Shown in pieces: positions 33,462 through 42,082 of a stretch of 42,082 nt of DNA; within the stretch, counting starts at the first letter, position 1, and every line of letters begins with the position of its first letter. The stretch lies in sequence record SRR2962707_5325; one strand, 5' to 3'. Under the pieces are notes generated by a model. That model saw only the letters and a program-made list of their open reading frames with translations, did not search any database and had not been told where the DNA came from. Position numbers and translations under genes: made by a program.

Positions 33462-35843
33462 ATGCTGCGCAATTTTTTCAAAATCACGTTCAGGAATTTC
33501 CTGAAAAACAAGTCTTACGTGTTCATCAACATTGTGGGACTTGGTTTGTCACTGGCCTGCTGCATTGTGGGCTACCTTAACTGGAATTATGCCGCTGAAT
33601 ACGATCAAAATCATGTCAATCATGAGCGTATTTACAAAGTACAACTAAACAAAGATGTCCAGGGAAGAAATGTTCCTTATGGGATCACCCCGCTTCCGCT
33701 TGGCGAGGCTTTCAAGGATAAAGTCTCGGGACTCTCGCACTCTGCCAGGTATGTAAGCACCGGATTGGTCATGAAAAAAGACCTTAAAGTGTTCAATCAA
33801 ACGATCGCTTTCGCTGACGAGGATTTTTTCGAAATGTTCACTTTTCCATTTAAATATGGAAATAAGGAGGTCTTTCTGGATCCCAGCAAGATCATACTCA
33901 GTGAATATGTTGCCGAAAGCTACTTTGGTAAAGACTTTGACCCGACAGGTGAAATAATCAAAGTCATCACGGAGGATGGAAACGAAATTCCGATGACTGT
34001 GGGCGGTGTATTGGAAAAGATCCCTCAGAACTCCTCTCTTCTTTTTGGTGCAGTTACCACTTTTGACAACTACCTGAAAATCCGTGAGCTTGAAGGAAAT
34101 GATTGGACACGATTTGTCTCTGCTACATTCGTGATGACCGAGGGTGAGAATTATCCTCAAAACCTATTGGATGACATTAATGCCAATTATGTCGAAATCC
34201 AGAATGCTGCGAGAGAAGATTTCAAGGTTGCCAGCTATTACCTGGTACAGCTAACTAACCTCGGTAGCGTTGCGGAGACCTTCTATTCTAACTGGCTAAG
34301 TCAGCCTCCTCCACCTCCGGCTGTTATTGTGCCTATGATCATGGCCATACTCATGCTTTTCATCGCCTGTTTCAACTTCACGAACACATCCATTGCGATT
34401 TCAAGTAAACGATTGAAAGAAATTGGGATCAGAAAAGTAATGGGAAGTGATCGTGGGCAACTCATTTTCCAGTTTATGGGGGAGAACCTGCTTCTATCTT
34501 TATTGGCTATGCTGGTTGCTCTTGGAATCGCCATCTACCTTGTCCCCGCGTACAGCGCCATGTGGGACTTTATTGACCTAAAGCTTGATCTCGCTGCAGA
34601 CCCTGAAATTTATCTTTTCCTCGGGGGTCTTTTGGTTGCCACTTCTTTGGTGGCAGGAGGCTATCCGTCTCTTTACATCAGCGCCTATCAACCGGTCAAT
34701 ATCCTTAGAGGAAGTCTTTCTCTGGGTGGCACCAATTGGTTTTCAAAAATCCTGCTTGGCTTGCAATACATGCTCACCATTATTGCCCTGATCTCAGCAC
34801 TCGCTTTTACCAACAATGCCGAATATCAAAACAACATGGACATGGGTTTTGAGAAGAACAACATTTTGGCTGTACGTGTCGAAAGCAAATCTGAATACGG
34901 CAAGTACAGTACGCTTGTTAGCCAGATGCCGGAAATCCAACAAATGACAGGCACCACCCATCACATTGGCTGGTGGAACTATGGCAGAACGCTCAAGGCC
35001 GGGGAAGCCGAGGTAGAAGCCATGATGATGGACTTTAGTCTGGACTATCAGGAAATCATGAATCTTCAGCTTGTTGATGGTCGATATTTTGATGAAGATC
35101 TCTATGATTTTGATCGGGAAAACTCCATCATTTTCAATGAGTCCATGGTGAAGGAATTTGGTTGGGATGAGCCACTGGGGAAAGTCGTACAAATCGATGA
35201 CAGCACGAGACTTACCGTGGTAGGGGTGCTTGAGGATTTCTACATGGATGGGTTCTTCAATCCTGTATCTCCTTCTGCATTCAGATTAGCAGATAAGGAG
35301 TCCATGAACTTTCTGATCGTTAAAAGTGAAAGTGACCATCTAAGTTTCAAAGAAAAAATGGAAGATAAATGGTACGAAATAGCACCCAACACACCATTTA
35401 ACGGCCAGTATATGGATGAATCACTCGCCGGAATGGAAATAGTGAATAAAAACATTAGTGCCATGTTCGAATTTTTAGGACTATTGGCATTGGTGCTCTC
35501 CTCTATTGGCTTATACACTCTTGTATCACTCAATATTATCAAGCGAGTCAAAGAAATTGGCGTAAGAAAAGTATTGGGAGCAACCATCCAACAAATCCTG
35601 GTAATGATGAACAAGCAGTTTTTCTGGTTGCTTTTGATTTTTGCTTTGATTGGAGCAGCATTAAGTTATGTGATAGTTGACATCTTGCTAATGCCAAGCA
35701 TTTTTGCAGTTTTCAAAGCAACAGATATTCTAACTATGTTGATTCCACTTCTATTCCTTCTAGTGGTCGCCATTTCGATTGCTTCATTTCGTATCTTCCG
35801 TACAGCTATGAAAAATCCTGTGGAATCATTGCGATACGAGTAA
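33462..35843 (+). CDS. MacB/FtsX-type duplicated ABC permease without prefix domain (permease 7)
   Basis: Begins MLRNFFKITFRN; NTSIAISSKRLKEIGIRKVMG; ends NPVESLRYE; start moved from 33408 because a promoter element lies between the two starts. Confidence 0.92.
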   Translation: MLRNFFKITFRNFLKNKSYVFINIVGLGLSLACCIVGYLNWNYAAEYDQNHVNHERIYKVQLNKDVQGRNVPYGITPLPLGEAFKDKVSGLSHSARYVSTGLVMKKDLKVFNQTIAFADEDFFEMFTFPFKYGNKEVFLDPSKIILSEYVAESYFGKDFDPTGEIIKVITEDGNEIPMTVGGVLEKIPQNSSLLFGAVTTFDNYLKIRELEGNDWTRFVSATFVMTEGENYPQNLLDDINANYVEIQNAAREDFKVASYYLVQLTNLGSVAETFYSNWLSQPPPPPAVIVPMIMAILMLFIACFNFTNTSIAISSKRLKEIGIRKVMGSDRGQLIFQFMGENLLLSLLAMLVALGIAIYLVPAYSAMWDFIDLKLDLAADPEIYLFLGGLLVATSLVAGGYPSLYISAYQPVNILRGSLSLGGTNWFSKILLGLQYMLTIIALISALAFTNNAEYQNNMDMGFEKNNILAVRVESKSEYGKYSTLVSQMPEIQQMTGTTHHIGWWNYGRTLKAGEAEVEAMMMDFSLDYQEIMNLQLVDGRYFDEDLYDFDRENSIIFNESMVKEFGWDEPLGKVVQIDDSTRLTVVGVLEDFYMDGFFNPVSPSAFRLADKESMNFLIVKSESDHLSFKEKMEDKWYEIAPNTPFNGQYMDESLAGMEIVNKNISAMFEFLGLLALVLSSIGLYTLVSLNIIKRVKEIGVRKVLGATIQQILVMMNKQFFWLLLIFALIGAALSYVIVDILLMPSIFAVFKATDILTMLIPLLFLLVVAISIASFRIFRTAMKNPVESLRYE

Positions 35844-35864
35844 AAACATAATCTTCTATTCCTT

Positions 35865-35898
35865 AAAAGGGCGGAATCATCGATTACTGCCCTTTTTT
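35865..35898 (+). terminator. Rho-independent terminator after permease 7
   Basis: AAAAGGGCGG...CTGCCCTTTTTT hairpin with T tract. Confidence 0.75.
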
Positions 35899-35956
35899 GG
35901 TTTCAGGGAATTCAAAACTGGCTATTTTTAGGTTACAATAAACTTAACTACCACTT

Positions 35957-38900
35957 ATGAAACACTTCCTAACCTGCCTGGTTATCCTATTTCTTAGCTT
36001 CTCGGCGTTTGCACAGCATGTGCTGAAAGGAAAGCTAGTGGATGACAAAGGTGTCCCCCTTGCCGGAGTTACCATCGAAGTAAGAGGTACCAAAACCACC
36101 TTTACTACCGCTTCCGACGGGTCGTTCGAAGCAAATCTGGAAACCGGCTATGAAATCCTTGTAGTTAAAATGGATGGTCGCATCGTTGATGAGATTTATC
36201 TGACCGGCCAGTCCAATTTATCATACACCCTGCAACCACGAAATTTCGATAGCGAAGAAGCTGTCAATTTCGGGATTGGTTCGCAAAGCAAAGATGAACT
36301 GACAAGCAGTGTCTCTAGTATCGCTGCTTCTGATGTGAGCCCTGCACCCCTTATCAACCTAGAGCAAGCCAATCAGGGAGTTACCGCCGGGCTTTTTGTG
36401 CAAAACTCCAGTGGAACATTGGGCCAGCCGACGCAAGTAAGAATACGAGGAGGTTCATCGCTATCTGCCTCCAACCAGCCATTGTATGTGGTAGATGGTG
36501 TACCGTTGATCTCCCAGAATCAATCCAATATTAACCCAAGCAACATTGCCTCGATTGAAATCCTGAAAGATGCCTCTGCAACTGCTATCTACGGAACACG
36601 TGCTGCTAACGGGGTGATCATCATCACCACCAAAAGCGGTAACAGTGGCAAAATGCAGGTGAACGTTGATTATCAATTTGGGATCAGTGAAACACCCAAA
36701 ACACTTGATATCCAATCAGGTGATGAGCACTTGCTTCAAACATTCGAATTCATTCTTAGAGGATTTGAAGATTTCTCGAATTCTCTCCTTTTTGAGCCGG
36801 TGATTCAGGTCAATGGCACTACTTATCCTGAAATGAATCGTGCGTTTCTAGAGCAATTCTACGATGCTGGAATTGGAGCCATCACGTTTACAGAGACATT
36901 TGTAGGAGGTAATTCTTTTACTTTCAACATTCCCGGATTCTACGACAACATGCGGACTTTGGGTGCTAATACCGACTGGCAAAATGAAGTATTCAGAAAA
37001 GGCACTTCGCACCGTGCGAACGTAGACTTCCAGGGCGGAACAGAAAAATTGGGCTACTTCACTTCAATCGGATACACCACACAAGAAGGCATCTTGGTTG
37101 GCAATGATTTTGATCGCTTCAATGGGTCGCTTTCATTGAATAGCCAAATCAACGATAAGCTTTCAGCCAACCTCAACATGAACTTCATCCGAACGGAAGA
37201 CAATCGACTGAATGAAAATCAGGATCTTGGGTTCCCGCTACAGGCCATTGTGCTTCCTCCATCAGATGCCTATGATCCAAATGATAGCTACAATTTGATC
37301 ATCAGGGATGATTACAACCCACTAACGGAAGTCAATTTTGCTTCCAATGTGGCTACCAACAATAGTATCCTGGGTAGTCTCGGCCTTCAATACCAAATCA
37401 ATGATCAGCTGACTATTGATGTAAATGGAGGTGTCGATTTCAACACGTTTGAGCAAGATCGATTCCAGGGCCCGCAAACGCAGGAAGGAGCGGGAGTGAC
37501 CGGTGGAAGAACAAGGCTTACAGAAGAAACCATTCGCAATTCCATTTTCAATGGATGGCTGACGTATACCAAGCCAATGGGTTCTAACCAGCTATCGGTG
37601 ATTGTTGGAGGATCTTATCAACGATCCAAGGGTACATTTACCTTCTCTGACAGCTTCTTTCCAAATACAGAACCATTCCCGGGATCAGCGTCTGCCTTTA
37701 TCTCCGGATACACGCGAGTGAATTATTCGCTTGGCGATCAATTCGATTTTCAAGTCAGTGGACGAATGGACGGAAGCTCGAAATTTAGTTCAGCAAACAG
37801 ATATGGCTTCTTCCCAGCTGCCTCGGCAGGATGGAAGGTTCATAATGCCACATTCATGGCCGATGCGGATGTTGTGAATCAACTGAAGCTAAGGGCGAGC
37901 TATGGATTGGTAGGAAATGCCCCGGCTGATGACTTCCTGTATCGAAGAAACTATTTCCGTTCATCGAGATATGGAACTGAATCCAGTTTAGAGCTTGCTA
38001 ACCTGGCCAACGAATCTTTGAAATGGGAAACCACAGCCCAGCTGAACATAGGCTTGGATTTTGGTTTGATGGATGATCGTATTAGTGGTTCATTTGATTA
38101 CTACATCAAAACCACGACGGATCTTTTGTTCCCAGTGCCCGTCACTCAGACAACAGGTTTTTCAGAGATCTTTGACAACATAGGTGAGATGGAAAACAAA
38201 GGATTTGAGATCAACCTGAGCACTATCAATGTGAACTCGACGGATTTTTCATGGACCACAGATTTCAATATTTCATCCAACAAAAACACGATTAAAGACC
38301 TGAAAGGTGAAGAAGCCATTGTAGGTGTGAATGCTTTCCTTGAAGGACAACCTGCAGGAGTGCTTTACATGAGAGAATATGTGGGTGTTGATCCAACTAC
38401 GGGTGACGCACTTTACAGTGATGGAGAAGGAGGAACAACTACGGATTGGGAAAGTGCTCCCAGACAAGTGGTTGGTGATCCTAATCCAAAGATGTTTGGA
38501 GGATTGACCAACGCGATCACTTACAAGAATTTCGAATTTTCATTCATGTTCCAATTTGTGATGGGTGTTGACCTGTATTTCCAAACGGGGGAATACCTGG
38601 CCAACAGTGCGATTCTGAACCTGGGGCAGCTGGCTGATCAATCCAATCGCTGGTATGCGGCTGGTGACGATGCGCCGAATCCAAGATTGGATCCATTCAA
38701 TGACTTCCCACAATCGTCCAGTCGATGGTTATCCAGTGGGGACTACATTCGATTAAAGAATATCACGCTTACGTATAACATGCCTGCTTCAGTGCTGGAA
38801 AGCCTGGGTGGGTTGAGAAACCTGAGCATCTATGTAGGTGCTACGAACCTATTGACTTTCACGGACTACATCGGTTATGATCCGGATGTCAGTTATTTCG

Positions 38901-39004
38901 ATCCGCTGGACGGAATTATCGGACAAAACATCAGCAGAGGTATTGATCAGTTCAATACTCCGCAACCAAGAATTATCATGAGTGGGATTAAAATAGGCCT
39001 GTAA
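35957..39004 (+). CDS. SusC/RagA family TonB-dependent outer-membrane transporter
   Basis: Signal peptide; N-terminal extension; VRIRGGSS...QPLYVVDGVP, IEILKDASATAIYGTRAANGVIIITTK, LKWETT and YIRLKNITLTY motifs. Confidence 0.95.
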   Translation: MKHFLTCLVILFLSFSAFAQHVLKGKLVDDKGVPLAGVTIEVRGTKTTFTTASDGSFEANLETGYEILVVKMDGRIVDEIYLTGQSNLSYTLQPRNFDSEEAVNFGIGSQSKDELTSSVSSIAASDVSPAPLINLEQANQGVTAGLFVQNSSGTLGQPTQVRIRGGSSLSASNQPLYVVDGVPLISQNQSNINPSNIASIEILKDASATAIYGTRAANGVIIITTKSGNSGKMQVNVDYQFGISETPKTLDIQSGDEHLLQTFEFILRGFEDFSNSLLFEPVIQVNGTTYPEMNRAFLEQFYDAGIGAITFTETFVGGNSFTFNIPGFYDNMRTLGANTDWQNEVFRKGTSHRANVDFQGGTEKLGYFTSIGYTTQEGILVGNDFDRFNGSLSLNSQINDKLSANLNMNFIRTEDNRLNENQDLGFPLQAIVLPPSDAYDPNDSYNLIIRDDYNPLTEVNFASNVATNNSILGSLGLQYQINDQLTIDVNGGVDFNTFEQDRFQGPQTQEGAGVTGGRTRLTEETIRNSIFNGWLTYTKPMGSNQLSVIVGGSYQRSKGTFTFSDSFFPNTEPFPGSASAFISGYTRVNYSLGDQFDFQVSGRMDGSSKFSSANRYGFFPAASAGWKVHNATFMADADVVNQLKLRASYGLVGNAPADDFLYRRNYFRSSRYGTESSLELANLANESLKWETTAQLNIGLDFGLMDDRISGSFDYYIKTTTDLLFPVPVTQTTGFSEIFDNIGEMENKGFEINLSTINVNSTDFSWTTDFNISSNKNTIKDLKGEEAIVGVNAFLEGQPAGVLYMREYVGVDPTTGDALYSDGEGGTTTDWESAPRQVVGDPNPKMFGGLTNAITYKNFEFSFMFQFVMGVDLYFQTGEYLANSAILNLGQLADQSNRWYAAGDDAPNPRLDPFNDFPQSSSRWLSSGDYIRLKNITLTYNMPASVLESLGGLRNLSIYVGATNLLTFTDYIGYDPDVSYFDPLDGIIGQNISRGIDQFNTPQPRIIMSGIKIGL

Positions 39005-39005
39005 A

Positions 39006-40529
39006 ATGAAGACAATAATGAAAAACATAACCAGATATAGCTTCCTTACACTTGCCTTAGGCTTGTCAATATTCTCTTCATGCGATACGGCATTGGATGT
39101 GGAAGCTGATAACAGTTTGAGTGGCAATGCGCTCACAAATACTGAAAATATTCAAGCGGCACTTATTGGTGCTTACGTCAACCTGATGGGAATTTACGAT
39201 GGTGGTGACGGGGGAGAATTGCTCGGTGGAGACTTTCAGCTCATGGCAACTCTGCTTACTCGAAGCAACAACACCGAAATTTCCTGGGATGAAATCGAGG
39301 CACCTGATTACGAAGATTTTATTGACAAGGATGTATTAGCGATAAACAATCGGATTGCTGCAAACTGGCGTAGAGCGTATGAGACCATCAATACCGTCAA
39401 TGCCATTCTTGAAAACATTGACAATGTGTCGAGCTCGACCGATCAGGATCGGATAGAAGGCGAATGCTTTGCCATTCGTGGCATTCTCTATTTTGAGCTG
39501 GTTCGCTTTTATGCGCCTCAATACACTTTTGGGTCTGCTTCGACAACCGGAGGGGTGCCACTATTGCTTTCTTCCATTGGGGATGTAAGCGAAATCGAAG
39601 TTCCGACTAAAGCGTCTATTGCAGATGTTTATGCACGGGCCATCCAGGATCTGAATTCTGCTTCAACGCTGCTTCAGGGTGTAAATACAAATGGAAGAAT
39701 TTCCTATTACGCCTGCCAGGCCTATCTGGCCAGGATTGCTCTGCAGCAGAATGACTTCAGTACGGCAGAGGGCTATCTGAACACTGTCATCTCCGGTGGT
39801 TTTAGTTTGAATGGCACATCAATGGGAGCGTTTAACAATTCCAGTGCCAGCTCTGAGGACATACTTTGGGTGAAGCAAAACAGCTCTTCCAACACTGGAA
39901 CGATTGGCTCACGAACAGGCCTTGTTGCTCATGTGGCCTCCATTCCAAATGTTGGATTTTCGGCGATGCGAATTCTACCCGAGTCGTTGAATTCGACATT
40001 TCTAAATAACAACCCAAAATACAGTGACGCTGATGACCGAGCAGTGACCTTTACCGGAATAGATGGCAGCTCAACTGTTTCGAATGTGCCTTCCAGTGCT
40101 GCCTATTACAACGATCCTGTGAATACCCTGACCATCAGTTCGGCGAAGTACCTGAGCTCCGAAAATGTGCTCCCTGTGATCCGACTTTCAGAGATGCATT
40201 TGTCACGAGCAGAAGCCATCATCGAGCAAAATTTTGTGGGAGACCCTGTTGACGCAACTGCACTTTCAGACTTGAATGCAGTTCGTACACGAGCAGGTCT
40301 TACAGCATTGCTGGATACGCTGACAGCTCAGGAATTTTATGACAGTCTGATTGTAGAGCGAAATCGAGAGCTGATCTATGAAGGTGTGCTCTTTCATGAC
40401 CTGAAAAGATGGGCTGTTTTTAGCCTGCATCAAACACCGAGGATTTCTTTTGTAAATCCTCTGGATGATCGATTCATCCTGCCTATCCCTCAGTCGGAAT
40501 GCGATGCAAGCCCGGGATTGTGTGACTAA
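39006..40529 (+). CDS. SusD/RagB family outer-membrane lipoprotein
   Basis: Lipobox FSSC; GECFAIRGILYFELVRFY, VIRLSEMHLSRAEA, ERNRELIYEG...DLKRW and LPIPQSE motifs; alternative start 39018. Confidence 0.95.
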   Translation: MKTIMKNITRYSFLTLALGLSIFSSCDTALDVEADNSLSGNALTNTENIQAALIGAYVNLMGIYDGGDGGELLGGDFQLMATLLTRSNNTEISWDEIEAPDYEDFIDKDVLAINNRIAANWRRAYETINTVNAILENIDNVSSSTDQDRIEGECFAIRGILYFELVRFYAPQYTFGSASTTGGVPLLLSSIGDVSEIEVPTKASIADVYARAIQDLNSASTLLQGVNTNGRISYYACQAYLARIALQQNDFSTAEGYLNTVISGGFSLNGTSMGAFNNSSASSEDILWVKQNSSSNTGTIGSRTGLVAHVASIPNVGFSAMRILPESLNSTFLNNNPKYSDADDRAVTFTGIDGSSTVSNVPSSAAYYNDPVNTLTISSAKYLSSENVLPVIRLSEMHLSRAEAIIEQNFVGDPVDATALSDLNAVRTRAGLTALLDTLTAQEFYDSLIVERNRELIYEGVLFHDLKRWAVFSLHQTPRISFVNPLDDRFILPIPQSECDASPGLCD

Positions 40530-40540
40530 GAATTCAAATG

Positions 40541-40570
40541 AAAAGGCCTCCAAAACGGAGGCCTTTTTTT
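40541..40570. terminator. Bidirectional Rho-independent terminator
   Basis: AAAAGGCCTCC-AAAAC-GGAGGCCTTTTTTT between convergent genes. Confidence 0.88.
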
Positions 40571-41133
40571 TAGCTATTCATATCTATTTTGATGCGATAA
40601 CGCGTGAGCAACCCGGAAACTTCGGATAGGGAAAATTTAGCCCTGGCAATTCGATTGTGTTCAGGATCTATCACAAAAGCTGTTGAATGACTCAGGTCAG
40701 CCCCTTCAAGATTGGTTCGCTCAAACTTGGCATTCAGAAGATTGCACCCATTCAGGACGGCATCTTCCAGATTCGTTTCCGTAAAATCGACTCCCTCAAG
40801 GCTTGAATTTGAAAAATTGATTTGCTTCAGTTTCATCTGATAGAAGGTGGCATGATCCAGCTGGCAACTTTCAAAGGACGCTGAGAACAAGAGGTGATTG
40901 CATCGATCAAACTGGATGCCGAGCATTTTGCATTGCTTGAATTGACAATCCAGAAAGGAAGTTTCATCAACATGCGCATTGCTGAGATTGCAGCCTTCAA
41001 ACACACATTCTATAAATCGGGTGGAAGTAAGATAAGCTTCAGAGAAATTGCAGTTTCGAAAAGTACATCCTTCGTATTCGTGCTGGTTGTCGAGTTTCTC
41101 CAGCCCTTCGAAGGTCTCATTGTCTTTTAGCAT
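40570..41133 (-). CDS. Pentapeptide-repeat protein (YjbI/MfpA/Qnr-like fold)
   Basis: Regular repeats (CTFRNCNFSEAYLTSTRFIECVFEGCNLSNA); TGATG coupling to the MBL gene favours ATG 41133. Confidence 0.9.
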   Translation of the reverse strand: MLKDNETFEGLEKLDNQHEYEGCTFRNCNFSEAYLTSTRFIECVFEGCNLSNAHVDETSFLDCQFKQCKMLGIQFDRCNHLLFSASFESCQLDHATFYQMKLKQINFSNSSLEGVDFTETNLEDAVLNGCNLLNAKFERTNLEGADLSHSTAFVIDPEHNRIARAKFSLSEVSGLLTRYRIKIDMNS

Positions 41134-42020
41134 CAACTTCCCAGTTTTTTCTTCCAGTATCTAACCAGACCAGCCACGCTCATCCATGACGGATTGGCTG
41201 CCTCATATTGTTTAAGCCCATGCTCAGAAACTCCACGCTCCGCTAATTGCTGTGCAGTGTATTTCATAAACAAAGGGGTAATCTCATCGTTGCTCAACCC
41301 TTCTTCCCATTTGGTTTTCATCCATTGTGCCCAGTCATTCAGAATTACTTTCAATTCCTTCATGTGGATGTTAGGGTTGATCTCCTCCCCATAGTGCGTC
41401 AAAATGAGTCGATTTGGATTCCTGGACAAAACAAGATCGATGGAGTGATTCCAATCCTCCAGATTGATATCGGGTGGTGGACATGGCGGGACTACCGGCC
41501 CTCCTTCTATTTTTACCCCGGCCACATCGCCGGTAAAGATGGCGTCTTTCCAGTGCCAGGCGATATGGTGTTTGGCGTGTCCTGGCGTATGCAGGGCTCG
41601 GAAAGTATGTTCCCCGATTTCAATCACTTCTTCGTGATCCACTGTTCTTAGGTTCTTTTTTGGAATGCCCTCCATCGCTCCCCAGAGCGTATCCATCTGA
41701 TCCCCATAGATCATGGTTGCTGAAGCCACCAATTTGGTGGGATCGTGCATATGGTCCGCTCCAAATGGATGCAAATAAATGGTCGCTCCTTGTTTGGCAA
41801 ATGCCCAGGCCGCACCGGCATGATCGAAGTGAATGTGCGACAACAGGACATGTTGGACATCCTTGGGTTTATATCCATGATTGAACAATGCCTCCTCCAG
41901 GCTTTCGAATGTACTGTATGGTCCGGATTCAATCAGAATGGGACCCTCTGTAGATTCAATGAGGAAGGAAGCAATGGCATGCTCATAATTTTGAAAGTGC
42001 AGGTCAAGCGTGTGATACAT
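41133..42020 (-). CDS. MBL-fold metallo-hydrolase
   Basis: SHIHFDHAG (HxHxDH), TPGHAKHH, FTGD and LTHYG motifs. Confidence 0.92.
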   Translation of the reverse strand: MYHTLDLHFQNYEHAIASFLIESTEGPILIESGPYSTFESLEEALFNHGYKPKDVQHVLLSHIHFDHAGAAWAFAKQGATIYLHPFGADHMHDPTKLVASATMIYGDQMDTLWGAMEGIPKKNLRTVDHEEVIEIGEHTFRALHTPGHAKHHIAWHWKDAIFTGDVAGVKIEGGPVVPPCPPPDINLEDWNHSIDLVLSRNPNRLILTHYGEEINPNIHMKELKVILNDWAQWMKTKWEEGLSNDEITPLFMKYTAQQLAERGVSEHGLKQYEAANPSWMSVAGLVRYWKKKLGS

Positions 42021-42082
42021 ATTCGGTTATTTTTGGCCAAATAAAGATACTAAAATGAGCGAGTCGAAATACTTTCAGGATC

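Noticed and set aside
40570-42020. Calling qnr/mfpA and a metallo-beta-lactamase as resistance genes
   Set aside because: Only fold-level motifs are visible; the MBL protein has no signal peptide, and both folds are widespread outside resistance
997-42044. Numerous 60-180 aa antisense or alternate-frame ORFs in the track
   Set aside because: They overlap well-supported genes and show no recognisable motifs; similarity between 3034-3276 and 5588-5872 only mirrors the conserved prefix on the opposite strand
1-42082. CRISPR arrays, tRNA/rRNA genes, IS elements, integrases, ABC ATPase
   Set aside because: No regularly spaced repeats, no RNA-gene signature noticed in the short intergenic gaps, and no transposase, recombinase or Walker A/LSGG motifs among the ORFs

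Overview
Chromosomal region of a Bacteroidota genome, probably a Cytophagales member (inferred from the susC/susD pair, TAnnTTTG promoter elements and A-rich start contexts without Shine-Dalgarno sequences). It is dominated by seven paralogous two-module MacB/FtsX-type (ADOP-like) ABC permeases, one broken by a 1-nt deletion, and four PadR regulators. No ABC ATPase gene lies in the window. Six permeases carry a ~75-aa N-terminal 'prefix' domain and all six lie in padR operons; the seventh has neither. The three permeases sharing one padR have similar prefixes on divergent bodies. Each prefix is followed by an internal Met at or near the position where the prefix-less paralogue begins, and each padR with visible upstream DNA has its own paired operator-like repeat. 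Together these suggest an insulated, modular permease-PadR signalling system (inference). Other content: a CPBP protease with a membrane-tethered XRE regulator, a CE4 deacetylase, a GNAT, a membrane AraC with an apparently non-catalytic alpha/beta hydrolase, an Xre-RES toxin-antitoxin pair, glnS, tandem PsbP-like genes, an unannotated 53-aa ORF, an Ntn acylase, an AT-rich 925-aa repeat/membrane protein, an orphan susCD, a pentapeptide-repeat protein and an MBL-fold hydrolase. All family calls come from visual motif recognition; no searches were run.
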